A DNA stretch of 64,000 bases from an uncultured virus (IMG/VR IMGVR_UViG_3300044634_001040) (IMGVR_UViG_3300044634_001040); one strand, 5' to 3'. Counted from the first letter of the stretch, positions 38,654 to 48,507 are shown. Numbers and translations are program-made. The notes: generated by a model from the sequence alone, not told the origin.

Positions 38654-39679
38654 ATGAAAAGAATATTAATCACTGGCGGAGCCGGTTTTATTGCCCACCA
38701 CCTCGTATGTAAAGTGCTCAAAGAGACGGATTGGGAGGTAGTTACTCTAGATAGATTGGACTACAGTGGAAACTTGAATCGCCTCCACGACTCACTACAG
38801 GAGTTCGACGCCGAAACTCGTAAGAGAGTAAGCGTGGTATTTCACGACCTGAAGGCCGACATGAACCCACTCGTTCGTTCAGAAGTAGGATCCGTAGACT
38901 ACATCGCTCACCTTGCAGCAGGGTCACATGTTGATCGTTCTATCGACTATCCGATGGAGTTCGTTCTTGATAATGTTGTCGGAACGTGTAACATTCTCGA
39001 ATTTGCAAGAGCGCAAAAGAGCAATCTTAAGAGGTTCATCTACTTCAGTACCGATGAAGTCTTTGGTCCTGCGCCGGATGGAATTAAGTATGGTGAAAAC
39101 GATCGCTATAACTCTACGAATCCTTATAGCGCATCAAAAGCAGGCGGCGAAGAACTTGCTGTTGCGTATGAGAATACCTACGGCTTGCCGATCTATATCA
39201 CTCATACTATGAACGTCTTTGGTCAGAGACAACACCCGGAGAAGTACATACCAATGTGCATCAAGAAAGCTCGTGATGGCGAGAAGATTACAATCCATAG
39301 CGATAGAACAAAGACGATCCCGGGATCACGTCACTACATCCACGCAGAAGATGTAGCAGATGCAGTTTTATTCTTACTAAATGGGAATTTTGATCTAAAG
39401 GAAGAATGGGGTGGAGCTAAGTGCCCCAAGTTTAACATCGTCGGCGCAGAAGAGATCGATAACTACGAACTTGCAAGGATCATCGCAGACGCGCAAGGTA
39501 AGGAACTCAACTACGAGTTTGTCGACTTTCACTCGAGTCGCCCAGGCCACGATCTTCGCTATGCCCTAGACGGAAACAAGATGAAGAGTCTTGGATGGGA
39601 ACCAGCCACTTCAGTCCGCGAAAGAATTGCAGAAGTAGTAAAGTGGACTCTAGAGAACGAAAGATGGCTAAAGACATAA
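38654..39679 (+). CDS. rmlB: dTDP-glucose 4,6-dehydratase-like NAD-dependent epimerase/dehydratase
   Basis: ITGGAGFI, HLAAGSHVDRSI, STDEVFG, PYSASK, HPEK.IP, RPGHDLRYA. AAGGA RBS before the ATG at 38654. Confidence 0.9.
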   Translation: MKRILITGGAGFIAHHLVCKVLKETDWEVVTLDRLDYSGNLNRLHDSLQEFDAETRKRVSVVFHDLKADMNPLVRSEVGSVDYIAHLAAGSHVDRSIDYPMEFVLDNVVGTCNILEFARAQKSNLKRFIYFSTDEVFGPAPDGIKYGENDRYNSTNPYSASKAGGEELAVAYENTYGLPIYITHTMNVFGQRQHPEKYIPMCIKKARDGEKITIHSDRTKTIPGSRHYIHAEDVADAVLFLLNGNFDLKEEWGGAKCPKFNIVGAEEIDNYELARIIADAQGKELNYEFVDFHSSRPGHDLRYALDGNKMKSLGWEPATSVRERIAEVVKWTLENERWLKT

Positions 39680-39684
39680 GTTGT

Positions 39685-39692
39685 GATAAATA
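39685..39692 (+). promoter_or_regulatory. Late promoter variant (GATAAATA)
   Basis: Intergenic, just after the rmlB stop and before structural genes. Confidence 0.55.
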
Positions 39693-39724
39693 GATACAGC
39701 TAATAGTTCTAAAGGAGAGCGAAG

Positions 39725-39892
39725 ATGGCTGTTAAGATATCTGGAACAACCGTTATTGACGATAGCAGAAATATAACAAACATACTCACGGCAACCTCAA
39801 ACACTGCCGTGATTACTTATTTGCAGGACAGTTCAAATAGAACTCTAAAGATCCTTAATGCGGCAGGAACTGTAGTCTGGGGTTCTGTATAA
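39725..39892 (+). CDS. Small fibre-associated protein (55 aa)
   Basis: AAGGAG RBS; hand-translated MAVKISGTTVIDDSRNITN...GTVVWGSV. Not in the ORF track. Confidence 0.75.
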   Translation: MAVKISGTTVIDDSRNITNILTATSNTAVITYLQDSSNRTLKILNAAGTVVWGSV

Positions 39893-39893
39893 T

Positions 39894-42518
39894 ATGGCAA
39901 GACCAAATGTCCTTACCTATAAGGGCAGTGGCATATTACAGATCATAAACGACTCTGAGTTTGAAGCGATCGCTGAAGTTGTTCTTGAAAAGTTTGCTTC
40001 TGTTGACGGGCCCGGTAACATATACAACGCACAAGGTGCAAACACCGCTTATGTAGCAATAGGTGATTTCACTGATACACGATATCAGGGAGCTATTGGA
40101 ACTGGAGACGTTACACTTCTTTCTACAACATACACTCTTTATCAGGATAGAACGAGTAACTACGGATCTGTCACGAATCCACCATTACATTGGAACGGAA
40201 CTGATATTAAGATCGCGAACAATACAGAGCTCAACGATCTTGCCGATGCTATTATACAATATATGGTTATTGGAGATGGCCCAGGTGGTTACGTGTTAAC
40301 AAGCGCCGCGCCGGCTGGAGGTACTTGGGTATCCATCGGAAGCATTAACAACGTTCAAGACACAGCAAATACTACTGTAACCACGTTATTTAAAAAGATA
40401 TCGGGTACTACCACTCTTACACACAGTCCTCTTAAACATGTATCTGGCGGAACCATTCAGATCATGACTCAGGCCGAAATAGAACAGCTAGTCGAAAAAG
40501 TAAGAGAAAGAATTATAACAACACAGATAGGTTACTATGCATTTCAGCTAGCTGCGCCAACGCCAGGGACTTGGGCTGAAATGGGTACTATCCTTGACAC
40601 AAGACCTACGATATCTGCGCAAGATTATGTAGGCCCGATATATACTTCTGATGTGAATTATACCGGTATTATTCCTATAAGCTATCTTGGCGGTTCGGAC
40701 GTACCGTATGACACAGATTACATAGGAACATACGACACTGATTACGTTTCTTCTGTTATTGTTGGTTATGACGGTGTTGCACCGGCGGCATACACTACCA
40801 CCTTTGAAGGGCCTAGTGGTATAAACTATCTAGGTCCGGGTTTTGCAACATACGATGGAGACTATCTTGGCGGGATTGTATACGATGGAGTTGCGCCAAC
40901 GAACTATGTCGGCGATTACATCGGTCCTATTTCTTATGTCGGCGTTACACCGGCTACTTACGTAGCAGATTATGTAGGACCAGCTACGTACGTTGGTATC
41001 ACTCCTATCACGTATGTGACTGGGTTTATTGGTCCAGTCACATACGTTGGACCTGCAGAGGTTACCTATGATAGTACTCGATTCGTGACAGTTAACTATC
41101 TTGGTCCGTTGGCGGACTCTATTAACTATGCAGGAACGACTCCGGCTTCATATCTAGGACCCTCTGCGCCAGTCACATATATTGGGCCTTTGGATGGAGT
41201 TCTATATGTATCTACGGATACGGACGGTGCTCCTTATGCATCTCAATCCGGAGTCCCAAACGTAAACTATCTTGGTCCTGGCCCGGCAAACTTTACAAAC
41301 TATACGTTATTTCCTCTATACTTAGGTCCTAGCGCAGAACCTTTCTATCTAGGAGACATTACAACTGTTAACTACCTTGGCCCAGGAGGTCCTGCTGCGA
41401 ACTACACTTCGTTAGTTGCTAACGTCACAAACTATCTTGGCCCGGGCACGGCGAATGCTATAAATTATGTTGGGCCAGGCGCAGCGAATTCTATAAACTA
41501 TCTCGGGCCAGGGCCGGGCATCACGTACGTGAGAACCAAAACATTATCATACGTTGGCCCTGGCCCGGCGAATGCTACAAACTACCTCGGCCCTGGTGCA
41601 GCTACAAGCTACCTCGGCCCTGGCGCGGATACCAACTACTTAGGCCCAGGAAACCAAGATTATCAAGGGTCGCAAAAACTAAACTTCGTAGATTATACTT
41701 CCATACCATCAATTAACTACGTAGGTCCTGCGACTCCGGATGCCATAAACTACGAGTCAGACAACGCAATAAATTATCTTGGATCTGGTGCACCAGTTAA
41801 CTATCTCGGTGCCGGGCCTGATGTTAGTTACTTGGGCCCTCTTGACGGCCCTACATATATCGGTCCAGGAACTACTCCAGACGGAGCCGGATATATTGGT
41901 ATACCGGAAGTATTATATACTGCGCTCATTGCTGCAGATTATCTCGGAACAAACCCAGATGGAGCGGTTTATGATACGGTTATAGCCTATCTTGGCAACT
42001 ACGCTGGATTAACTCCAGATGCTGGCAGTTATATATTATCTGTTACATACGAGAGTGAATACGCCGGTGTGACTCCCGCAAGCTACGTTGGAGTGTTAAC
42101 ATACGATATAGATTACTTAGGAGTGACGGCGGCAAACTATGACAACACAGTTGCTTATCTAGGAGACTACGTTGGTATTGGACCGGTGTCGTATATAAGT
42201 GAAACTACATATCTAGGACAATTTGTAGGATTTGCTCCAGTGTTTTATGTTGGGACCCTGTCATATATTACCGATTACATAGGAGTCACAGGTGGGGTCT
42301 TCTCTAGTCCTTTACCATCCAGCTATACTAGCTCTTATGATGGTCCTGCATATACTACAACATACATTGCAGCCGTCCCGGATACGGTAAATTATGACTC
42401 TACAGTACCAAACGATTATGCTGGAGCTGTAGACTATCAGAGTACATATGCAGGATCGATAATAAATAATAATAGCTCAGTAATCTCTACGAAAACTCTT
42501 TGGAGAAGGATTCTTTAA
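39894..42518 (+). CDS. Tyr/Gly/Pro-repeat virion fibre-like protein
   Basis: 874 aa; about 600 aa of Y-x-G-(P) units (NYLGPG, TYVGP, DYIG) with very few Lys/Arg. Confidence 0.75.
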   Translation: MARPNVLTYKGSGILQIINDSEFEAIAEVVLEKFASVDGPGNIYNAQGANTAYVAIGDFTDTRYQGAIGTGDVTLLSTTYTLYQDRTSNYGSVTNPPLHWNGTDIKIANNTELNDLADAIIQYMVIGDGPGGYVLTSAAPAGGTWVSIGSINNVQDTANTTVTTLFKKISGTTTLTHSPLKHVSGGTIQIMTQAEIEQLVEKVRERIITTQIGYYAFQLAAPTPGTWAEMGTILDTRPTISAQDYVGPIYTSDVNYTGIIPISYLGGSDVPYDTDYIGTYDTDYVSSVIVGYDGVAPAAYTTTFEGPSGINYLGPGFATYDGDYLGGIVYDGVAPTNYVGDYIGPISYVGVTPATYVADYVGPATYVGITPITYVTGFIGPVTYVGPAEVTYDSTRFVTVNYLGPLADSINYAGTTPASYLGPSAPVTYIGPLDGVLYVSTDTDGAPYASQSGVPNVNYLGPGPANFTNYTLFPLYLGPSAEPFYLGDITTVNYLGPGGPAANYTSLVANVTNYLGPGTANAINYVGPGAANSINYLGPGPGITYVRTKTLSYVGPGPANATNYLGPGAATSYLGPGADTNYLGPGNQDYQGSQKLNFVDYTSIPSINYVGPATPDAINYESDNAINYLGSGAPVNYLGAGPDVSYLGPLDGPTYIGPGTTPDGAGYIGIPEVLYTALIAADYLGTNPDGAVYDTVIAYLGNYAGLTPDAGSYILSVTYESEYAGVTPASYVGVLTYDIDYLGVTAANYDNTVAYLGDYVGIGPVSYISETTYLGQFVGFAPVFYVGTLSYITDYIGVTGGVFSSPLPSSYTSSYDGPAYTTTYIAAVPDTVNYDSTVPNDYAGAVDYQSTYAGSIINNNSSVISTKTLWRRIL
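40620..42460 (+). repeat. Degenerate YxGP / NYLGPG peptide repeats
   Basis: AACTATCTTGGCCC-type units recur; densest at 41250-41880. Confidence 0.85.
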
Positions 42519-42521
42519 ATT

Positions 42522-43013
42522 ATGGTTGAAAAAATACTAAACCCTGAATATGTAGACTTGGAAAAGACGAGAGTAAGATTTAAGATAATACGTGAAGATG
42601 GAATCGAAAGCGTTGCTGAACTTACTGTTCCGAATAATAAAAGAAAAGGCGTGAATAAGTATTGGGATCGAATCGTTGATGAATTTGATATCGAAGAAAT
42701 GCGTCAGAAAAGAAACCGCATCGAAGCGGAACAGAGAAATCATAAAAAGCACGCCGACGAAAAGAGAAGGACTCAAGAGAAAGTCATAGAGCTTAAGACT
42801 CTTTTCAACGAAAAAACAAAAGTCCTAGAACTTCCATTTATTCGTGACGCAGGAACAGATATAAAATCTGCAATACGAAGAGCGCCAACGAAAGCTGTAT
42901 TAGACTTTATTGTTACAGATATCACGAGAAAGTTTATGGAAAATCAGGGTATGGACTACAACGATTATCTAGACTACCTAGATGATCTCGAGGAAGAAGC
43001 CGAAACAACTTGA
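42522..43013 (+). CDS. Hypothetical protein, possibly a fibre assembly chaperone
   Basis: 163 aa, charged and helical, directly after the repeat protein. Confidence 0.5.
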   Translation: MVEKILNPEYVDLEKTRVRFKIIREDGIESVAELTVPNNKRKGVNKYWDRIVDEFDIEEMRQKRNRIEAEQRNHKKHADEKRRTQEKVIELKTLFNEKTKVLELPFIRDAGTDIKSAIRRAPTKAVLDFIVTDITRKFMENQGMDYNDYLDYLDDLEEEAETT

Positions 43014-43027
43014 AATGAGATTGATTT

Positions 43028-43855
43028 ATGAATGATGTAGAAAAAAGTGAAAATGGTTTCATATACGTTGCTTCAAAAGAAAAACTATTCTATGAACTCG
43101 CCATGCTGTCCGGAGAGTCTCTTCGAACAATGCATAGAAACGCTCACATAACTCTCTTTACTCACGAAGCTTGGGTTGACGATAGAGCAAGAGAGATTTT
43201 TAATAACGTGATCACCGGCATTCCGGTTCACGAGCGAGCAAAGATGTGGTGTATGGCAAGGACTCCATACGAGAATACATTCTACAACGACGTAGACTCG
43301 CAGATCGTAAGCAGTAAGATAAAGAACGTATTCGACGAGATTAAAGACTGCGACATGTTCTTCACAGAGAGTTACTGGTATACAACCGGTAACTATAAGT
43401 GGTCTTTCTTTGATAAGGAACAAAAGATACCAGTAAAGTATCATGGTGCGGTCTGCGGTTACAGAAAGACAGACCTAACGATAGATTTTATGCAGACGTG
43501 GTTCGATGAATATCTAAAACAAAGAACCGAACCGTGGACATACGACTTCGCTTGGCCCGATTGGAAAATATTTGATATGTTTACTCTTTGGAGACTAACT
43601 TCCGGCAGATGGAAAGAGTTTGAACGATTTAACAACTTAAATATAAAGATAGGCCCAAAGGTGTACAACGCTACGATACACGATGGAAAGGATCTATACG
43701 ATGGAAAACGTCCGATCGTATATCAGATAGATAAGGTATCCATGAGATCTAAGGATATGACACATTTTTATGAAAGACTACAGAAGGGATTGAATGATGA
43801 AAGAAGTTTGCCTAAAAAGTCAAAGACTGACGAAAATTCTATCTGGTATAACTGA
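43028..43855 (+). CDS. Nucleotide-diphospho-sugar transferase (GT-A)
   Basis: G.IYVA, ITLFT, TPYENTFYNDVD (DxD), FMQTW motifs. Confidence 0.72.
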   Translation: MNDVEKSENGFIYVASKEKLFYELAMLSGESLRTMHRNAHITLFTHEAWVDDRAREIFNNVITGIPVHERAKMWCMARTPYENTFYNDVDSQIVSSKIKNVFDEIKDCDMFFTESYWYTTGNYKWSFFDKEQKIPVKYHGAVCGYRKTDLTIDFMQTWFDEYLKQRTEPWTYDFAWPDWKIFDMFTLWRLTSGRWKEFERFNNLNIKIGPKVYNATIHDGKDLYDGKRPIVYQIDKVSMRSKDMTHFYERLQKGLNDERSLPKKSKTDENSIWYN

Positions 43856-44513
43856 AGATGTCTTTAAAGAAGAAAATATAAAAAGACTATCTGAAGAAGC
43901 TAGACGTAAAGAAAAAAAAGATAATCTAATTACAGATTTACATTCTGTAGACGATGCATATTTTAGAAAAGCATTAAAGTACCCATTAAAAGATTTTGCG
44001 TATCCTAGAGCTGCGTTAGGTATAGGAACCATAAGTACTGACATTGATAAAAGTAGTTTCTTTCACGAATTAGTGGCAAAAAAGTTAATGCGTCTTCAGA
44101 ACACCGTTGGGTCTGCACAAAACGCGCTATGTATGTTGTATCCTGACGACGGTTACATCGGGTGGCATCATAACGGTAACGCTCCAGGATATAATGTATT
44201 GTTCTCATATAGCCAGGACGGCGATGGGCACTTTAAGTACTACGATAAAGAAAAAGACGAAGTAGTGTATATGTATGACAAGCCAGGTTGGAACGTTAAG
44301 TGCGGATACTATCCTTCAGAAGTCAAGGAACCGAATAGAGTGTACTGGCATGCAGCTTCAACTAAGAAAGCCAGATTGTCGATCGCCTTTGTTATACACA
44401 ATAGAGACATGTGGGTTAATATGGTGGAGTACATTACAGATAGCGATTACGATAAGCATGCTATAGAATCTCAAGGACCACTTAAAGATCTTAAATCAAA
44501 TGGATATATTTAA
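43794..44513 (+). CDS. 2OG-Fe(II) oxygenase / cupin-like protein
   Basis: YP..GYIGWHHN...YWHAA....RLSIAF double-stranded beta-helix pattern. Confidence 0.6.
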   Translation: MMKEVCLKSQRLTKILSGITEDVFKEENIKRLSEEARRKEKKDNLITDLHSVDDAYFRKALKYPLKDFAYPRAALGIGTISTDIDKSSFFHELVAKKLMRLQNTVGSAQNALCMLYPDDGYIGWHHNGNAPGYNVLFSYSQDGDGHFKYYDKEKDEVVYMYDKPGWNVKCGYYPSEVKEPNRVYWHAASTKKARLSIAFVIHNRDMWVNMVEYITDSDYDKHAIESQGPLKDLKSNGYI

Positions 44514-45153
44514 AAACATATCATGTTTTATGATAGTGATAGAGAACGACGAAAGGTCTGAGTACTATCACGATTATTGCAAGCCGAGTTGGGAAAGTGT
44601 AGGGATCACAGTCAATCGCTTTAACGCGATAACACCAAAGACGTTACACAGACAGAAAGACCTAAAGTTCGCAAAATACTCTACTTCTCCTAAGTATGTA
44701 GTAAGAGGATTGAAGGTTGAGATAACCGAAACAGAACGTGCATGCTTCTACAGTCATTTTCGTCTCTGGCAAGAATCAGTCTTTACGAACAAACCTATTC
44801 TAATACTCGAACACGACTGCATATTACAAGATCCTTCAAAACTTTGGTGTAACAATCTTTACGGAATTACATTCTACGATCGCGCTGCAATGGGTAGCTA
44901 TATCATTCAGCCCTGGTTCGCAAAGGATCTAATAGAGCATATGTATGGAGTAGAGATAAGTAATGGACCGTACTCTCATATAGAAAAGTTTGCCTTTCAA
45001 AATAATAGAATGAAAGAGTTAGTCAATGTTAAACATGATCTCTTTATTCCAGCTTCAGACCAGGTAATGTCAATGAAGTATGGCGGAACGATAGATCACT
45101 ATTCAAACGACAAAGACGAATATAAGAAACATAATTTTGTAATGATACCATAA
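44500..45153 (+). CDS. Glycosyltransferase family 25-like
   Basis: RFNAITP, TERACFYSHFRLW, PILILEHD. Confidence 0.75.
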   Translation: MDIFKNISCFMIVIENDERSEYYHDYCKPSWESVGITVNRFNAITPKTLHRQKDLKFAKYSTSPKYVVRGLKVEITETERACFYSHFRLWQESVFTNKPILILEHDCILQDPSKLWCNNLYGITFYDRAAMGSYIIQPWFAKDLIEHMYGVEISNGPYSHIEKFAFQNNRMKELVNVKHDLFIPASDQVMSMKYGGTIDHYSNDKDEYKKHNFVMIP

Positions 45154-45163
45154 GGTTGATAGA

Positions 45164-46156
45164 ATGAATGATTATTCAATACCGCTCAATATAGACAGAG
45201 CCGTCATAGAGATCAACGGGGGCTGCAACTATACCTGTCAGATGTGTCCTCAGACGAATGCTGACGGTACGCATGGTGGACGAGGTAAGGACTGGCTCAA
45301 GAAGATGTCTCTCGAAGATTTTGAGAGAGCAGTTGCCGAGTGTGCAGAAGCAGGTCTTAATGTTGTGAACCTTGAAGGATCTGGCGAGCCGACTCTAAAT
45401 CGTAATCTTCCGGAATACATTGCTATCGTAAAAAAGTACGGAGCGAAAGCTTTCATATACACAAACGGTTATAACCTTCGAGGCGACTTCATGAAGGAAT
45501 GTGTCGATGCTGGGTTAGATCTTGCCAGGTTCTCGATCATTGGCTACAATCAAGCGATGTATAGAAAGTGGATGAATCGATACGCTTTTGATACGGTTAA
45601 GCAAAACGCAATTGACATGAAGAACTACATCAAGGAAAGGAATTCTAATTGCATCGTAGCATCCTATCACCTTATACTCGATAACGATCAGGAAGAATAC
45701 GAAGTCTCTGAATACAGAAAGAACTTTATTGACGTAGTAGGATCGCACGCAGAGATATGGAAGATGCATAACTGGTCGGGAGTATACGATCCAACATATA
45801 AGAGAAAGGGAGAGAAGAGAACCTGTGGGCGTCCATTCTCACCCGATATCACTATACGTGCTGGTGGAAGCAACGGTACCAAGTTATCTGTAGCACCGTG
45901 CTGTCAAGTGCTTGGAAGAGATGCAGAAGCAGATTTAGGATCGTTAGAGAATAAGTCTGTCGAAGAAGTATGGAATGGTGATAGATATAAGTGGTTGCGA
46001 CAGATGCATACCGAAAAAAGATTCGACGAGGTTTCTTTTTGCAAGGACTGTGATTTCTTGTATGAGGATAACGAAGTACTTGTGTGGAAGAACAACGACC
46101 TAGTAGACATTAATAAGATGAAAGGGACAAAGTTCGACCTTGGAGACTTTAAGTAA
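45164..46156 (+). CDS. Radical SAM protein with SPASM/twitch domain
   Basis: CNYTCQMC, GSGEPTL, YTNG; C-terminal CGRPF...PCC...LG.L....EEVWNG...CKDC. Confidence 0.9.
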   Translation: MNDYSIPLNIDRAVIEINGGCNYTCQMCPQTNADGTHGGRGKDWLKKMSLEDFERAVAECAEAGLNVVNLEGSGEPTLNRNLPEYIAIVKKYGAKAFIYTNGYNLRGDFMKECVDAGLDLARFSIIGYNQAMYRKWMNRYAFDTVKQNAIDMKNYIKERNSNCIVASYHLILDNDQEEYEVSEYRKNFIDVVGSHAEIWKMHNWSGVYDPTYKRKGEKRTCGRPFSPDITIRAGGSNGTKLSVAPCCQVLGRDAEADLGSLENKSVEEVWNGDRYKWLRQMHTEKRFDEVSFCKDCDFLYEDNEVLVWKNNDLVDINKMKGTKFDLGDFK

Positions 46157-46844
46157 GTCTTTCCCATTCAAATGTAATTATCTTTTTATTTGGATCCGGC
46201 TTTTTCATTCTTTGCATTACGACATCGTAGTCTTTTTTACTTGGATTCGTTAAATCATTTTCAGAACGTATCTCTTTATTGTCCAATCTTAAGGATGCAG
46301 ATCTTAAGAGTAATATATTAATGTCGTGTAGAAGTTTCTCATCGCCAAAAAACTTCAGTTGCTCAAAGAATTGACGATCTCCGTTTCTATAACCTATCCA
46401 TTCCTCATCGTATCCACCGGCACTAAAGAAGTGAGTCTTACTTATTAAATAATCGTTAACAGACTCGTGCACATTCTTTCCTATGTTGAAAGAATGCGCC
46501 ACAAATCTATACAGACGATTCCCTTTTAGTGTTTTTCTTTTTATCTGTTCTATAGAATATGCTGGGTCTTCTAACTTTCGATCAGAATCCAAGAGTATCA
46601 CAAACTCGTTTGATGACTCTTTCATTATAAGATTTCTGCACCCGTGAGAATTAAACCCATAGTCCTTTTTGACACGATACAATTTTAGTTTTTCTGACGG
46701 TTGAACATAATTCAATATGTGATAAATATCAGAGGATCCATCGTCTACAATGACTAATTCGTCAACGTGTTCCAGATGGTGATCAATAAAATTTACTATG
46801 TTTTCGGGATTGTTGTAATAAGTAGTCCCTAGGGAGATCTTCAT
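46149..46844 (-). CDS. Glycosyltransferase family 2-like
   Basis: VIVDDGS, GFNSHGCRNL, LLDSD, AGGYDEE..G...GD. Confidence 0.82.
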   Translation of the reverse strand: MKISLGTTYYNNPENIVNFIDHHLEHVDELVIVDDGSSDIYHILNYVQPSEKLKLYRVKKDYGFNSHGCRNLIMKESSNEFVILLDSDRKLEDPAYSIEQIKRKTLKGNRLYRFVAHSFNIGKNVHESVNDYLISKTHFFSAGGYDEEWIGYRNGDRQFFEQLKFFGDEKLLHDINILLLRSASLRLDNKEIRSENDLTNPSKKDYDVVMQRMKKPDPNKKIITFEWERLT

Positions 46845-47442
46845 GGATAACTTTTCTAAATATATTGCAAGCGGTAAACTTACGCGAAACGAAGTAAGAA
46901 AACTGTCAAAGGACGCAAATATTTATAAAGAAGATCGCTTTAATGCACAGCTTTCCAGTTCTGGCAAGGGTAGACTAGATACAAGTATTCGCAATTCTAC
47001 GATCTTCTTTCCAAAAGCCGATAAGTATCCTAACACATTTAGCATACTTCAATCCGCGATAATAAGCGAGTACTCTTCGATATGCTCTTACATAGACTTA
47101 ACAAATATTGCTGAGATACAGTATGCAAGATACGAAAAAGGTAACTTCTTTAAAAAACACAAAGACACCTTGTATGATACTAACATAAAAAGAATTCTCA
47201 CGTGCTCGATTAATCTATCAGAAGAAAATGATTATGGTGGTGGTGAGTTAGTCGTGTTTGATAACAATAATAACGAAATAGCAAAGCTTTCAAAAGAAAT
47301 CGGAAGCTTCATAATATTTCCAGCCGTGTTTTACCATGAAGCTAGGATCGTAGAATCTGGAACACGCGAAGCAATCGTGACTTGGATACACGAAAGCGAC
47401 GCAGTTTTAAATAAGTTCAAAAAAGAAATGAACTTGGAATGA
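46843..47442 (+). CDS. 2OG-Fe(II) oxygenase (prolyl 4-hydroxylase-like)
   Basis: QYARY..G..FKKHKD (HxD), DYGGGEL, IFP..FYHEA..V.SGTR.AIVTW. Confidence 0.85.
   Translation: MDNFSKYIASGKLTRNEVRKLSKDANIYKEDRFNAQLSSSGKGRLDTSIRNSTIFFPKADKYPNTFSILQSAIISEYSSICSYIDLTNIAEIQYARYEKGNFFKKHKDTLYDTNIKRILTCSINLSEENDYGGGELVVFDNNNNEIAKLSKEIGSFIIFPAVFYHEARIVESGTREAIVTWIHESDAVLNKFKKEMNLE
46920..46927 (-). promoter_or_regulatory. Candidate late promoter for the inverted GT2 gene, embedded in the oxygenase CDS
   Basis: TATTTATA on + equals TATAAATA on -, 76 bp upstream of the GT2 start. Confidence 0.55.
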
Positions 47443-47452
47443 GTAGATAGAA

Positions 47453-48124
47453 TTGATATTTGAAAAGAACGACCAGAGCGTATGCTTTGTGCATATACCC
47501 AGAAATGGTGGGCGACACTTTATCAGTCTACTCAAGAAGAATTCTTACATACAAAACAAAAAGTGTAAAGAAATTTTTTATACTCACTTTTATAAAGATA
47601 GTGAGTACATGCATATAACATACGAAGAACTCAAAGATATCCACGGAGAATTAAAAAACTCTAAAAAGATCATCATATTTAGAAATCCTCTAGATCGTTT
47701 CTTATCTACAGTTAATTCTGAGTGGTCAATGAAATTGTTTTTTGGTGGGTATGAAAATTTTCATCTAATGAACGACCCTATATACTTTAAGTATGTTATG
47801 AAAGAAAAACCGTATTCGTTAAGAACTAAGGGAAAATACTTTATTTTTAAAGGTCTTACCAATATGTTTAACAATTGGTTCAAACCGCAAGTAGATTTTT
47901 TTAATGAAGACTTTTACGTTTGGAAATTTGAAAACGGGTTCAACGACGAGTTCGTAGAGTTTCTAACAAAAGATGTCGGTTTGGATATAAATATAAACGT
48001 AAAAGACATATACGATAGAGCTTTTTACGATGATAAGATAAAAGATTTTTCATTATCTGAAGAGCTCAAAGAAAACGTCCTGAACTTTTATAAAAAAGAC
48101 TATGAGTTCTGGAAACAACTTTAA
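47453..48124 (+). CDS. Sulfotransferase family 2-like protein
   Basis: FVHIPRNGG (5'-PSB-like), FRNPLDRFLS (3'-PB-like), FKPQ, FYKKDY. TTG start uncertain. Confidence 0.72.
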   Translation: MIFEKNDQSVCFVHIPRNGGRHFISLLKKNSYIQNKKCKEIFYTHFYKDSEYMHITYEELKDIHGELKNSKKIIIFRNPLDRFLSTVNSEWSMKLFFGGYENFHLMNDPIYFKYVMKEKPYSLRTKGKYFIFKGLTNMFNNWFKPQVDFFNEDFYVWKFENGFNDEFVEFLTKDVGLDININVKDIYDRAFYDDKIKDFSLSEELKENVLNFYKKDYEFWKQL

Positions 48125-48140
48125 TATGAGGAGAGTGAAG

Positions 48141-48440
48141 ATGAAAGGTGACTACAAACTTATTTTTTTACAAAATGATAAGACTTATATAGCAGAAGTA
48201 AAATCTGAGACCAGCAAGACGATAGAACTAATCAATCCTATGTCTGTTGAATACAAGTTTAATGCAGAAAGCATGCCAGTTTTTAGATACGTGCCTTGGC
48301 AGATTCTGTCTGCAGAAGCAATCGTTGAACTTAATAAAAGTAGCATTGTTATGATGACAAAGCCAAAGGTAGAAATGCTGGACGTCTATCAGAGAATATG
48401 CATATCATTCATACCAGTCGAGCCAGACGAAGAAGACTAA
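48141..48440 (+). CDS. Hypothetical protein (possible Sm-like fold)
   Basis: GAGGAG RBS; KLIFL.N...IAE, LINP, PW pattern. Confidence 0.55.
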   Translation: MKGDYKLIFLQNDKTYIAEVKSETSKTIELINPMSVEYKFNAESMPVFRYVPWQILSAEAIVELNKSSIVMMTKPKVEMLDVYQRICISFIPVEPDEED

Positions 48441-48475
48441 AGTTTCTTCCACTTCTACATTGTGATTTAGAATTG

Positions 48476-48500
48476 AGAGGGACGAATAGTCCCTCTTTTT
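48476..48500 (+). terminator. Rho-independent terminator
   Basis: AGAGGGAC-GAATA-GTCCCTCT-TTTT. Confidence 0.85.
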
Positions 48501-48507
48501 ATAAATA
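48500..48507 (+). promoter_or_regulatory. T4-type late promoter fused to the terminator U-tract
   Basis: TATAAATA, with its first T shared with the terminator tail. Confidence 0.8.
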
